The position numbers and the translations under genes were made by a program. The notes under the pieces are model-generated. The model saw only the letters and a program-made list of their open reading frames with translations, made no database searches and had not been told where the DNA came from. This document shows, one piece after another, positions 9,926 through 19,799 of a DNA stretch of 64,000 nucleotides (position 1 is the first letter of the stretch; each line of letters opens with the position of its first letter). Source of the DNA: a virus. Taxonomy: Duplodnaviria > Heunggongvirae > Uroviricota > Caudoviricetes. The stretch lies in IMG/VR virus record IMGVR_UViG_3300042561_000621; one strand, given 5' to 3'.

Positions 9926-10426
9926 TTATTCTCTTATAATATGTTTTAAATTACTTAAGACTGTCTCTTTTAGAGAACAATTTAACAAATTAAGTTCTTT
10001 TATATCTTTAATATAAGTTACTCTTAAATCCTTTATAGTTGTAGGCTTATTAAATATTAAAGATATATATATTAGTTTACTTTTATCTCCATTACATAAG
10101 CCTCTTCTTATAAGGGGCCAATAATAATTATCTCTATTATAATATGGTGTTGTTATACTATATGTAATAGATGATGCCAGTAAATCTAAATCTTGTAAAC
10201 ACTTGTGTAAAGGAATAATATTAACTATATGTGGATATGTTTCTCTTTGATAAGTGCCATATAATATACTTTGAAATATATATTTATTTTTATTTAAATT
10301 GCTCATTAAAATACAACATATATAAATTAGTTTAATCTTTAATCTTATAAAATGAATAATAGTCAGTCTTATTAAATACATATTATATAATAATAATAAA
10401 ATGTAACTTTTTTTAATTAAATACAT
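9926..10426 (-). CDS. doubtful ORF (low-complexity I/L/Y-rich)
   Basis: Extremely AT-rich, low complexity; possibly a non-coding leader or promoter region instead. Confidence 0.2.
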   Translation of the reverse strand: MYLIKKSYILLLLYNMYLIRLTIIHFIRLKIKLIYICCILMSNLNKNKYIFQSILYGTYQRETYPHIVNIIPLHKCLQDLDLLASSITYSITTPYYNRDNYYWPLIRRGLCNGDKSKLIYISLIFNKPTTIKDLRVTYIKDIKELNLLNCSLKETVLSNLKHIIRE

Positions 10427-10440
10427 TGATGATTCATTAT

Positions 10441-10495
10441 TAAAATTTATATTGTATTTATTATTAATAAAAACATAAATACAATATAAATTTTA
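10441..10495. promoter_or_regulatory. perfect 20-bp inverted repeat (taaaatttatattgtattta ... taaatacaatataaatttta) with 15-nt spacer in a divergent promoter region
   Basis: Read directly from sequence; located 43 nt upstream of the tail-fibre-like gene cluster. Confidence 0.5.
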
Positions 10496-10537
10496 ATAAT
10501 GTTAAGGTTTATTATATAAATAATATAAAACAAATAA

Positions 10538-11407
10538 ATGGCATCTAAAAGAATTAGTCAATTGCCTCCTGCATCTTCTGTATCAGGCAATTCATTATTA
10601 GCTATTGTTAATAACAATGTAACTGAAAAAGTTACTATATCTCAACTACCTTTAGGTATTACTACAGTTAATAATTTAGGAACTGGAGCTTCATTAGGAT
10701 TTATAGCAGAAAATCAATTAAAGTTAAAAACTTTAATAGCTGGAACTGGTTTATCGTTTACAACAAGTTTTAATAGTGTTACATTAAATACAATATTTAA
10801 TGTTAATAATGTAGGTAGTGGAACCTCACTTATAAATTCATTTACTAATCCTAATCTAGCTTTAAAGTCTATAACTGGATCTGGTAATATTACTATAACA
10901 GATAATACTACTAGTATTAATATTGCTAGTACACCATTAACAACTTCTAATACTGGTAGTGGAACATCATTTATAAACTCTTTTACTAATAACAACTTAG
11001 CTTTAAAGTCTATAACTGGATCAGGTAGTATAACAGTTACAGATAACACTACTAGTATTAATATTGCTAGTACCCCTGTAACAAGTTCTACTACAGGTTC
11101 TGGAACTTCTTTTATAAATTCATTTACTAACTCTAATTTAGCTCTCAAATCAATAACTGGATCAGGTAGTATAACTGTAACTGATAATACTACTAGTATT
11201 AATATTGCTAGTACCCCTGTAACTGCTTCTAGTAGTGGTTCTGGTACATCCCTTATAGATTCATTTACCAACTCTAATCTAGCTTTAAAGTCTATAACTG
11301 GATCAAATGGTATAATAGTTACAAATAATACTACTAGTGTTGATATTGCTAATACTAATAATATAAATTTTGCTCAAATTTTAGCAATAGGAATGCTTAA
11401 ATGTTAA
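10538..11407 (+). CDS. repeat-containing fibre-like protein (4 tandem copies of a ~41-aa unit)
   Basis: TSFINSFTNSNLALKSITGSGSITVTDNTTSINIASTPVT repeated four times; antisense ORF 10714..11271 is a shadow. Confidence 0.6.
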   Translation: MASKRISQLPPASSVSGNSLLAIVNNNVTEKVTISQLPLGITTVNNLGTGASLGFIAENQLKLKTLIAGTGLSFTTSFNSVTLNTIFNVNNVGSGTSLINSFTNPNLALKSITGSGNITITDNTTSINIASTPLTTSNTGSGTSFINSFTNNNLALKSITGSGSITVTDNTTSINIASTPVTSSTTGSGTSFINSFTNSNLALKSITGSGSITVTDNTTSINIASTPVTASSSGSGTSLIDSFTNSNLALKSITGSNGIIVTNNTTSVDIANTNNINFAQILAIGMLKC

Positions 11408-12762
11408 TACTAGGAACAACAACAGATAAAATTCAAGTTACTTTAAGTAGTGCAATTACTACAAATCAATTAGATTGTATTGCAACTTATAAAGATATAA
11501 CAACTTCAGCATATTCTGGAAGCGCACCAATACTTGTTACAACTAATAACACTACTGCTGTAGATTTGGTTCCAGCACCAGCTTCTAATACTCAAAGAAT
11601 TGTAGATTTTATTAGCATTTATAATAATGACACTGCAAATGCTACTGTAATTGTAACAATAAATAGAAATGGTTCAATTGGAATCCTTTTTAAATGTACT
11701 TTAAAAACTAGTGAATCTTTAGTATATAGTGAAGGTGCAGGTTGGAATATACATTCAAATGATGGATCTCCTAAACAATCTTTATTAAATGATTATAGTA
11801 ATATAACTACAAATAAAAATTACTTAATTAATCCTAATTTTAAAGTAATTCAAGGAGCAGTCTCAGGTACACTTGCAAATTCTAATGCATTGCCAAATCA
11901 ATCCCTAGGATATTTAGGCAAAACTAATTGGTATGAATGTGCTACTGGAGGCACTCCCACTTATGCTTATAATGCTACTAATGAATCAGTTACTTTTACT
12001 GGTGCTGCATCTACAACTAATATATATTTTGGTCAAAGAATTGAAAGTTCAAATGTAGTTACACTTGCAAATAAAGTAGCAACAATGACCTTAAGTGTTG
12101 AACTCTCTAATTCATTGTTAACAGCTGTAACTTGGGAGATATTTAGACCTACTACAAGTAATGATGTACATGGTACAATTGGCACTCCAACACAAACATT
12201 AATTGCTAGTGGTACATGGAATGTAAATAGTACCTTAACCCGATATAATGCTAGTTTTACTCTTCCAACATCAGCTTCTACAGGATTAGATATAAGATTA
12301 AGAGTAGGAGCACAAACTTCAGGTACTTGGGTAATTAGTAGATTAAAATTAGAAGAAGGTAGTATTCCCACTACTTTTAGTTGTGAAGATTATTCACAAG
12401 AACTATTTAAATGTCAAAGACATTTTATTAAAAGTTTTGATATTGATACTGTTCCAGCTCAAAATGCTGGAAGAACTTCTGCCTTTGAATTTTTTGCAGG
12501 TAGTGTTGCTGCTGCTAGTGCAGTATACTCTTTAAGATTTCCTAATAGAATGTTTGTTATTCCATCTGTAACATTATTCAATCCAAGTGTGGCAAATGCA
12601 CAGGTAAGAAACCAATCAAGGTCTGCTGATTGTTCTTCTAGCACTGTTGTTGCTAATGGTACATCTCAATCAGGAATTGCAATACAAGCAACTGGTGCTA
12701 CTGCTCAAATGGTAGGAGATACATTGTCAATTCACTATTCTGCATCTGCACAAATTCCTTAA
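11401..12762 (+). CDS. putative tail fibre / receptor-binding protein, paralog A
   Basis: 453 aa, S/T/N-rich; first ~130 aa nearly identical to 12919..14205 while the C-terminus diverges. Confidence 0.5.
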   Translation: MLILGTTTDKIQVTLSSAITTNQLDCIATYKDITTSAYSGSAPILVTTNNTTAVDLVPAPASNTQRIVDFISIYNNDTANATVIVTINRNGSIGILFKCTLKTSESLVYSEGAGWNIHSNDGSPKQSLLNDYSNITTNKNYLINPNFKVIQGAVSGTLANSNALPNQSLGYLGKTNWYECATGGTPTYAYNATNESVTFTGAASTTNIYFGQRIESSNVVTLANKVATMTLSVELSNSLLTAVTWEIFRPTTSNDVHGTIGTPTQTLIASGTWNVNSTLTRYNASFTLPTSASTGLDIRLRVGAQTSGTWVISRLKLEEGSIPTTFSCEDYSQELFKCQRHFIKSFDIDTVPAQNAGRTSAFEFFAGSVAAASAVYSLRFPNRMFVIPSVTLFNPSVANAQVRNQSRSADCSSSTVVANGTSQSGIAIQATGATAQMVGDTLSIHYSASAQIP

Positions 12763-12918
12763 TTAAATTTACTTTATTTTTAAAGTAAAACAATACTTTT
12801 ATTAAATAATAATAATAATTTCATGAGAATTCTAGTATATATCAATTTACCTTTTACACCTATATTTAATAATATTAATGTAAATAATAATATAAATTTT
12901 AACAGTAGGATTATTTAA

Positions 12919-14205
12919 ATGTTAATATTAGCAACAACAACTGATAAAATTCAAGTATTACTTACAAATGCAATTACTACAAATCAATTAGACTGTATTG
13001 CAACTTATAAGGACATTTCAACTATAGCTTATTCTGGTAGTTCTCCAACACTTGTTACAACTAACAATACAACTGCTGTAGATTTAGTACCAGCACCAGC
13101 TTCTAATGTTCAGAGAATTGTAGATTTTATAAGTGTTTACAATGCTGATACTGTAAATGCAACACTAACTATAAGAATAAATAGAAATGGTTCTACTGGA
13201 GTACTTTTTAGATGTACTTTAGCAACTAATGAGTTACTTGTATATGTTGAAGGAAAAGGTTGGAATATACACTCAAGTAGTGGTTTATCTAAACAATCTT
13301 TATTATATGATAATAGTAATATTAGTTCAAATCCAAACTATTTAATTAATAGTGGTTTTCAAGTTGCACAAGCAGCAACATCTGCAACAATTACTGCTGG
13401 TACAGCTAGACCTACTGCTTCAATTGGCTATCCAGTTGTTGATAGTTGGTTTTGTTATTCAGTTGGTGGTAATCCAACTTTAGCTCAAATTGCTGGTTCT
13501 AACACTACGGCTAATAGACTTCAATTAACTGGTGCAGCATCTATAACTTCTGTTGGTATTGGTCAGAGATTAGAAGCTATAGATACAACATCATTAGCTT
13601 TAAAGACAGTAACTTTATCATTTGAATGTAGTAATTCTTTACTTACATCTTTAACAGTAATAGCTAATAGACCTACAACTACAGCTAACACATTTGGCAC
13701 AATTGGAACTCCTACAAAGACTTTAATAAATTCTACTAATGTTGCAATTAATTCAACTTTAACTAGATATTCAGTAACATTTACTTGTCCACAAGATGTT
13801 GATAAAGGGTTGGAAATACTATTTGTTTTAGGTGCTCAAACTAGTGGCACTTTTGTTTTAGCTAATGTTAAATTAGAAGAAGGTAATATTGCTACTACAT
13901 ATGTAAATTCTATTTATTTATCTGAATTGAATCAATGTCAGAGATACTTTAGAAGATTATCAGATTATCTATATGTTTATTTTGCTGGTACTGGTGGTAC
14001 ATTAAATACTGAACAAATGCATTTAAATATGTTTGGTACTACTAGAATTAGAAATTTAATAGCAGGTAATGCATTCAGTGGAACTACAGTTACTATAGTA
14101 GCAGGGCTCACTGAAGATTCAACAATAGCAAATTATACAAATACTGGTGTAGCTGGTTACCGTGGTGGCAATCCAGTATATACAGTATCAGCATACATTC
14201 CTTAA
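12919..14205 (+). CDS. putative tail fibre / receptor-binding protein, paralog B
   Basis: MLILATTTDKIQV...CIATYKD...WNIHS N-terminus shared with paralog A; variable C-terminal half. Confidence 0.5.
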   Translation: MLILATTTDKIQVLLTNAITTNQLDCIATYKDISTIAYSGSSPTLVTTNNTTAVDLVPAPASNVQRIVDFISVYNADTVNATLTIRINRNGSTGVLFRCTLATNELLVYVEGKGWNIHSSSGLSKQSLLYDNSNISSNPNYLINSGFQVAQAATSATITAGTARPTASIGYPVVDSWFCYSVGGNPTLAQIAGSNTTANRLQLTGAASITSVGIGQRLEAIDTTSLALKTVTLSFECSNSLLTSLTVIANRPTTTANTFGTIGTPTKTLINSTNVAINSTLTRYSVTFTCPQDVDKGLEILFVLGAQTSGTFVLANVKLEEGNIATTYVNSIYLSELNQCQRYFRRLSDYLYVYFAGTGGTLNTEQMHLNMFGTTRIRNLIAGNAFSGTTVTIVAGLTEDSTIANYTNTGVAGYRGGNPVYTVSAYIP

Positions 14206-14226
14206 AATAAACTAATAAATAAAACA

Positions 14227-14604
14227 ATGGAATTTACATATAAACTAATACTAAATGAATCTAATTCAATTTTAAGAATTGAAGATAGTGCTGTTATTCC
14301 TCAAGGAGATAATGGCGACTGGCAATTATATGAAGCTTGGTTAGCAGAGGGTAATACACCTATACTGCCAGATGAATTACCAAAACTTATTAGAGAACTA
14401 GATGCTACAACTTTAAGACTAAGCTTATTAAAACTTAATCTATTAGATGATGTTGAAGAAAAACTAGCAACACTTCCTAGAGCAGCACAAATTGCTTGGG
14501 AATACTCTGTAGTTGTTAAAGAAGATTCAGTTTTAGTACAAGAAATAATTTCTAAATTAAATTTAGATATTGATTTAATATTTAAAACAGCATTAGAATT
14601 ATAA
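14227..14604 (+). CDS. hypothetical protein; possible fibre assembly or chaperone role from position only
   Basis: 125-aa ORF immediately downstream of the fibre paralogs and followed by a terminator. Confidence 0.4.
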   Translation: MEFTYKLILNESNSILRIEDSAVIPQGDNGDWQLYEAWLAEGNTPILPDELPKLIRELDATTLRLSLLKLNLLDDVEEKLATLPRAAQIAWEYSVVVKEDSVLVQEIISKLNLDIDLIFKTALEL

Positions 14605-14625
14605 TAATAAACTGTTTAATAAAAA

Positions 14626-14666
14626 CCCTCCTAGAAACTTAATTAAAAAGCTCTAGGAGGGTTTTT
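14626..14666. terminator. bidirectional rho-independent terminator
   Basis: ccctcctag / ctaggaggg 9-bp stem, then a T-run; lies between converging genes. Confidence 0.7.
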
Positions 14667-14670
14667 ATAT

Positions 14671-14710
14671 TTAAATTAAATTAAATTAAATTAAATTAAA
14701 TTAAATTAAA
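14671..14710. repeat. (TTAAA)8 microsatellite
   Basis: Eight tandem ttaaa units; overlaps the stop codon of the GH19 gene. Confidence 0.8.
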
Positions 14711-14971
14711 TACTTGTTTAGCTTTTTTAAAATAACTTATACGATCAGATAATCCATTATAGCCACCATTAACTCTTAATGATACTTCTTCTACAGTAGC
14801 TTCATCATCATTTATATAAGAGGACATTTTATTATTAAACCACCAAAATCCAGCAGAGGTAAAGGGTAAATTACTAGCAACATAATCAACACCTTCCATA
14901 ACTTTAGGATTATTTAAGTGTCTACTAAGAGCTTGATAGTTTGCTCTACCAGTTAGTTGTATGAAACCTCC
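14696..14971 (-). CDS. GH19 lysozyme/chitinase-type peptidoglycan hydrolase, exon 2
   Basis: GGFIQLTGRANY is the GH19 catalytic signature (GRGxIQLTGRxNY); the frame is open upstream of the annotated start with no ATG. Confidence 0.7.
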   Translation of the reverse strand, partial: GGFIQLTGRANYQALSRHLNNPKVMEGVDYVASNLPFTSAGFWWFNNKMSSYINDDEATVEEVSLRVNGGYNGLSDRISYFKKAKQVFNLI

Positions 14972-15287
14972 CAATTTGTTACATGTTAATCGTTTCCATT
15001 AACATTCTCATACTTTCATATGAGTTCAGACTATATCTTATATAAGTATTAACTTATACCCTGGCGCTTCAAACTCACTTGAGTCTTACCTTACTTGGTT
15101 ATACATTATTTAATGTACCCTTTCTTTAGTCGTTGCAGGTTCCTTCTTTTTTCATTGTCAATTATAAAAAGAAGGCTTCCTTCAGTATTGTCCATTGTTA
15201 CATCTTCCTGTTATTTGTATATAATATAACACAAAGCTTTAGGATTTTCACTGAATTCACCAGGTTTTACAAGGGCAGTATTTGTTT
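14972..15287 (-). mobile_element. ORF-less group I intron in the GH19 lysin gene (about 316 nt)
   Basis: The GH19 motif is split as GDGPKFKG | GGFIQLTG. The upstream exon ends in U and the intron ends in G. A near-consensus S element AAGAUAUAGUCU lies about 60 nt upstream of the 3' splice site, with an R-like GCAACGACUAAAG upstream of it. Confidence 0.65.
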
Positions 15288-16190
15288 ACCCTTGAATTTA
15301 GGTCCATCCCCAAGTTCTGTATTACCTAAATCTTCTCTAAACTCATAATCTTCACCATCAGCTATTTCTTTAGTATATCTTAAACCACCACTTTCATGTG
15401 CAGTTTGACTTATAAAATGTGCAACATCTAGTTTAGTATTAATGTTAAAAGTGTTAAGGCAATTAATCATATCTTTATACTCATTACTAGTTAATGTTGT
15501 GTCATATATAGTATTACATTGTTCAATAGTAGGTCTAAAATTATTACTAAATGTAATATTAACTCCATCTTTTAATAAACTTATATGTGGTATAAAAGCA
15601 TAAAAGACTCTATCTTTTATATTAAATGATATATGATTTGTATTAATATCAAATGCATAATCATCTATATATATTTGATTATTAGACTTAACTTTAATCT
15701 TTTTAGTATTATTTAAATTACTGCTATCAACAGGCTCTAATTTATAATATGTTTCTTGTTTAGCTATTAACAATAAAGAAGTTTTATCATTATCAAATGA
15801 TAATTGTAAATCACTATTTATATTAATATCTGATAAACTACTAATAGGATTTAATATGGGTTTTTCTATTATAGGTTCTGAAACAACAATATTGTTGTTG
15901 TTTAATACATCATCTTTATTCTTTCCAGGTAATCCTTTAGGCGTATATACATCCTTATCAAGCCCCTTTAAAGAAGCACCAAATATACTTACTAAAGTTG
16001 TATTTATTAAATGCCCTATTTCTTGATTTGTTAACTTTCCATCTACTAATATTTTATCAATTGTAGGACTTAAAGTTGAAATATAATAAACTCCCAAAAC
16101 ACTTAAAAAGTGTTTTGTAAAGAATAAATTAATTGGATTATTATTACTATTACTCATAAATTTAGGCTCCCCAAATATAGCCATTACCAT
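15288..16190 (-). CDS. virion-type GH19 lysin, exon 1 (about 230-aa N-terminal domain plus start of the GH19 domain)
   Basis: ...FISQTAHESGGLRYTKE...GDGPKFKG carries the GH19 catalytic Glu region; it is the first gene of a tail-like module. Confidence 0.65.
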
Positions 16191-16683
16191 CTTTATTTAC
16201 ATATAATTTAGTATTAGGTATAGGAGTTGGTAATATGTAATCATTTAATCTACTAATAGTATATTGTTTATTAATTGCACTATTAGTATTATTAATTAAT
16301 ACAGTAGTTAAAGTTGGTCTTGTTAAAGGTGAATTAGATAATGCTTTATTATTTAATATTGTAGTAAAGTTTGTTTTAATAGTATCTAAATTATCTATAT
16401 AAGTATAACTATTAGTAGTAATACTATTTATATTATTTATTAAAGTATATTTATTTAATAGACTATTATGTTTAACTTGTAAATTATTAATTAATCTTGT
16501 TGTATAACTAACTTGAGGAGGAATATAAATTGTATTTATATCTAATACAAGTTCAGTTAATATATTATTAAAAGGACCAAATAAAGAATTTAAATAATCA
16601 TTAAAGTTATCAATTGTATTTATACTTTGATCCCCTACTAAATTCTCTCTATTAAATATATCAAAAGATGTTAAGTACTCCAT
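16162..16683 (-). CDS. hypothetical protein, probable virion/tail module component
   Basis: Translationally coupled overlapping ORF; N/I/T-rich. Confidence 0.4.
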   Translation of the reverse strand: MEYLTSFDIFNRENLVGDQSINTIDNFNDYLNSLFGPFNNILTELVLDINTIYIPPQVSYTTRLINNLQVKHNSLLNKYTLINNINSITTNSYTYIDNLDTIKTNFTTILNNKALSNSPLTRPTLTTVLINNTNSAINKQYTISRLNDYILPTPIPNTKLYVNKDGNGYIWGA

Positions 16684-17222
16684 TTTAAATCTCCATTATC
16701 ATCAGTTATTAAATACTTTAAAGGTTGTAATGGTTTAGGAGGTTGTTCTGATTTTTGAAGTTCTTTATTTAAATAATCTACATTAACAATACTAAGTAAA
16801 TTAGTAGGATTAGGACATTGTAATTGTTTAAATTCGCCATCTATTATATCTATTTTATTAACATTATATAATTCCTGTTTATAATTTAAATTATTTAATG
16901 TAATTCTATCTTTATAAGATAAAATACTAACAAGATCACTTAATATGTCATTTAATTCATCTATTAAAGGTTCAGCTTCTTCTTGATTTTGAGTTATTGT
17001 TATATATTTATTATCATTTAATAGATTATATATAGATGTATTATTACTACTATTAATAGAATTATAAAGACTAATTTTATCTTCTATTTGCTGTCTTTTT
17101 AGTTTTAAATCTTTAATTTTATCATCTATTATTTGTAAATAATTAATACTAATATACTCTTCAATATTATTAATTGAACTTATATTTTCTTTATTTACTC
17201 TTTCTTCTCTAATTATTGCCAT
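16671..17222 (-). CDS. hypothetical protein, probable virion/tail module component
   Basis: Overlapping ORF in the same operon. Confidence 0.4.
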   Translation of the reverse strand: MAIIREERVNKENISSINNIEEYISINYLQIIDDKIKDLKLKRQQIEDKISLYNSINSSNNTSIYNLLNDNKYITITQNQEEAEPLIDELNDILSDLVSILSYKDRITLNNLNYKQELYNVNKIDIIDGEFKQLQCPNPTNLLSIVNVDYLNKELQKSEQPPKPLQPLKYLITDDNGDLKWST

Positions 17223-17803
17223 ACTATTTCACCATTATTATTACATATTAAAGTTGAATTAACTTTTTTTGATTTAGGTATTTTAGGTAAATTAGATATG
17301 TAATTATTTAGCCATTCTTTATTTATTAATGCATAAATAGAAGATGATATTTCATCTAATACTATTTGATTTGTATATATGTTTACATTGTTAATTGTAT
17401 TATTAACAATTGAATTAATTATGCCATTACATTCTTCTATTAAACTATTAATAGTGTTTATAAGTTCTATAAAAAGGAAAGTATTAGGTACTACATAAGT
17501 ATATGTATTTATTAAATTAAGTAGATCTTTTTCATCTTGTAATAATAAACTAACTTGTCTACAATCACTTATAAGGATGTCTAAATCATCTAATGTATTA
17601 TTATAAGTAGCATCTAATTTGTCTAATTTATTTAATATATTAATATAAGTTGTATTATTTTTAATAGAATCATCTAAATCTTTAAAAGTTATTAGAGGGT
17701 GTTTTCCATAATTAGTTTTTCTATTATTTGCTTTATTATTAATGAGTATATTTTGAGCTATAGTTTGTGTCATTATTATTCTATTAATATATTCTATATA
17801 CAA
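17213..17803 (-). CDS. hypothetical protein, probable virion/tail module component
   Basis: Overlapping ORF in the same operon. Confidence 0.4.
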   Translation of the reverse strand: MYIEYINRIIMTQTIAQNILINNKANNRKTNYGKHPLITFKDLDDSIKNNTTYINILNKLDKLDATYNNTLDDLDILISDCRQVSLLLQDEKDLLNLINTYTYVVPNTFLFIELINTINSLIEECNGIINSIVNNTINNVNIYTNQIVLDEISSSIYALINKEWLNNYISNLPKIPKSKKVNSTLICNNNGEIVWQ

Positions 17804-17810
17804 TATTTAT

Positions 17811-18266
17811 ATGTTTGATTTACCCACAAAGAGTGAGCTATTAGCTTTACCAACTTTATATACAATTAATAATATTACTCCTATAATATATAACTTTTTA
17901 GGAGAATATTTAAATCATTTAAATCTAAAAGACTCTAATTTAATAATACCAAGTATAACTTTAGATATTGTTAAATCTAATAAAACTTTAAGTATTAGTT
18001 TACCTTATTCAAATTCTTATAAAGAATATATTAATTGGGAATATGGAATATTAAAATATAATACGGTTCCCAATTTATTTTTAGTAAATAATAAAACTGA
18101 TATTGGCCCTCTTATTTATTTATTGGGAGATGTAAATACAACTAAAATTATTCTATATACTATATCTCAACAAATGGAATTAGTTATAGATTCATTTGCT
18201 TATAATACCTTTGATGGTATTTTAAATTATAAAAATAATCCTGAAGATATTGTTTTATTAGATTAA
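17811..18266 (+). CDS. hypothetical protein (151 aa)
   Basis: Plus-strand ORF starting 7 nt from the divergent minus-strand gene. Confidence 0.4.
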   Translation: MFDLPTKSELLALPTLYTINNITPIIYNFLGEYLNHLNLKDSNLIIPSITLDIVKSNKTLSISLPYSNSYKEYINWEYGILKYNTVPNLFLVNNKTDIGPLIYLLGDVNTTKIILYTISQQMELVIDSFAYNTFDGILNYKNNPEDIVLLD

Positions 18267-18319
18267 ATAATATCTTCAGGATTATTTTTATAATTTAATT
18301 TAATTTAATTTAAATTAAT

Positions 18320-19717
18320 TTAAATTTTCATAATATATGCTAGGGCATAATAAGGAGGTAAATTATTAGTTGTAGCAGTAGTAGTTGAAAATCCATGAGT
18401 ATGCCCTCCATTAGAACCAGCAGATGCAACACTAATATTAGTAGTATTTAATGTACTATTTGCATAGGGAGGATTAACCCAGGTATCACCAGGTTTACCA
18501 GGCGCTCTAGATTCAAAAGTTGATCCAGTAGCAAAAAAAGCATACCCACCAACTATATGATTATGACCAGGATCATTTACAGTATGAGTATGTGCTGGCA
18601 TTTGACTAACAGTTAAAGTAGTAGCATTACTAGTACCACTTAAGGTATGAGTATGATTAATAGTACCACCAACAGAATTAACAGAATAAAGAGAGCCAGC
18701 ACCTACTATAAATCTATTTCTTAAGTCTGGGGTATTGTTTGTACCATCACAATTATGAACTAAGAAACCATTAGCAATAAAAGAATGATTATCTTCTACT
18801 TCAATATCATATTTAATATCATAAATTCTTCTATTCTTTTTAGAAGAATGTAATTCACTTATTGCTTTCTTTTCAACTGTAAAAGTTACTAAATCTTTAG
18901 AAGTAGAATCATATCTAAGTATTTTATCTCCTGTATTTACATATTCTGTTTTAGTCCATCCTTTATTAACAACCCAAACAGGATGATCTTTGGTTAAAGT
19001 TAGAGATTTAGGACCTAATCCTTTTGCTTTAGCTACTTTTAATTTATACCAAATAGATCTATCTTCAACTTTGTTCTTAAACCAGTTAATAACTTTTTTA
19101 TGTTCTAATTTACCAGTGCTTTCATTATATGAAACAACTTCAACTGCTAATTTATTATTAACAATATCTTGTATTTCCATAATACTACCATCAGACAATA
19201 AGACTTGAGAATCACCTAATAAACAAAGCTGCCAAGAAATAGGAATAGCACTAGTTAAACCACTCCAAACTACAATAATACCCATTGCAATTCCAAGTTC
19301 TAATGTTATTATTCTACCTTCTATTGATAATAATCTACTATTAAATGAACTAACAGTATTATTTAAAGTATTAAAAGAATTAACTAAATTAGCAATTTGT
19401 TGAGCTTGCTCAGCTATAGTTGCATTTTGATTATTAACTAATGTTGTAATTGCATCAATATTACTCTGTAATGAAGATTGAACATCTGCTAAATCTTGTG
19501 CAGTTTCTCCAATAGCACTAGCATTATTAGCTATACTACTATTTATACTATTTATAACATTAGTTTCAGATAAACAAGTGTTTAAACTTGCACTATTAAT
19601 TTTAGAACAATTAAGTTCTCCAGTTGCATTTGCTAAATCTAAGACGTAGTCATAGTTTGAGTCAACCTCTGAACATGAAAGGGGACTGCCCTTAGTGGAT
19701 ATTTTTATCAGACTCAT
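18320..19717 (-). CDS. phage tail-collar-domain protein carrying a mini-intein
   Basis: The N-extein ends ...AIPISWQL and the C-extein starts CDGTNNTPDLRNRFIVGAG. Joined, they match the collar consensus IPxGWxLCDG..TPDLRGRF. HTHT/HNH repeats and a Gly-rich stretch lie downstream. Confidence 0.75.
   Translation of the reverse strand: MSLIKISTKGSPLSCSEVDSNYDYVLDLANATGELNCSKINSASLNTCLSETNVINSINSSIANNASAIGETAQDLADVQSSLQSNIDAITTLVNNQNATIAEQAQQIANLVNSFNTLNNTVSSFNSRLLSIEGRIITLELGIAMGIIVVWSGLTSAIPISWQLCLLGDSQVLLSDGSIMEIQDIVNNKLAVEVVSYNESTGKLEHKKVINWFKNKVEDRSIWYKLKVAKAKGLGPKSLTLTKDHPVWVVNKGWTKTEYVNTGDKILRYDSTSKDLVTFTVEKKAISELHSSKKNRRIYDIKYDIEVEDNHSFIANGFLVHNCDGTNNTPDLRNRFIVGAGSLYSVNSVGGTINHTHTLSGTSNATTLTVSQMPAHTHTVNDPGHNHIVGGYAFFATGSTFESRAPGKPGDTWVNPPYANSTLNTTNISVASAGSNGGHTHGFSTTTATTNNLPPYYALAYIMKI
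18752..19225 (-). mobile_element. mini-intein (158 aa, Hint domain, no homing-endonuclease domain)
   Basis: It begins with block A CLLGDSQVLLSDGS and ends ...GFLVHN before the +1 Cys. It is inserted exactly inside the conserved W-x-L|C-D-G collar motif. Confidence 0.7.
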
Positions 19718-19799
19718 TATATTATTTTTTATAAATTATGTTATAATAAATATTATCAAATAAATGATAATACATAAAATAAGCTAATTTAATAATACA

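Noticed and set aside
9926-10426. ORF 9926..10426 as a real gene
   Set aside because: Extremely low-complexity I/L/Y/K-rich translation in the most AT-rich stretch of the window, adjacent to a divergent promoter. Kept only as a doubtful feature.
14671-14710. Possible CRISPR-like or other interspaced repeat arrays among the tandem repeats
   Set aside because: All repeats are uninterrupted simple-sequence microsatellites with units of 2-25 nt and no spacers. No cas-like genes are present.
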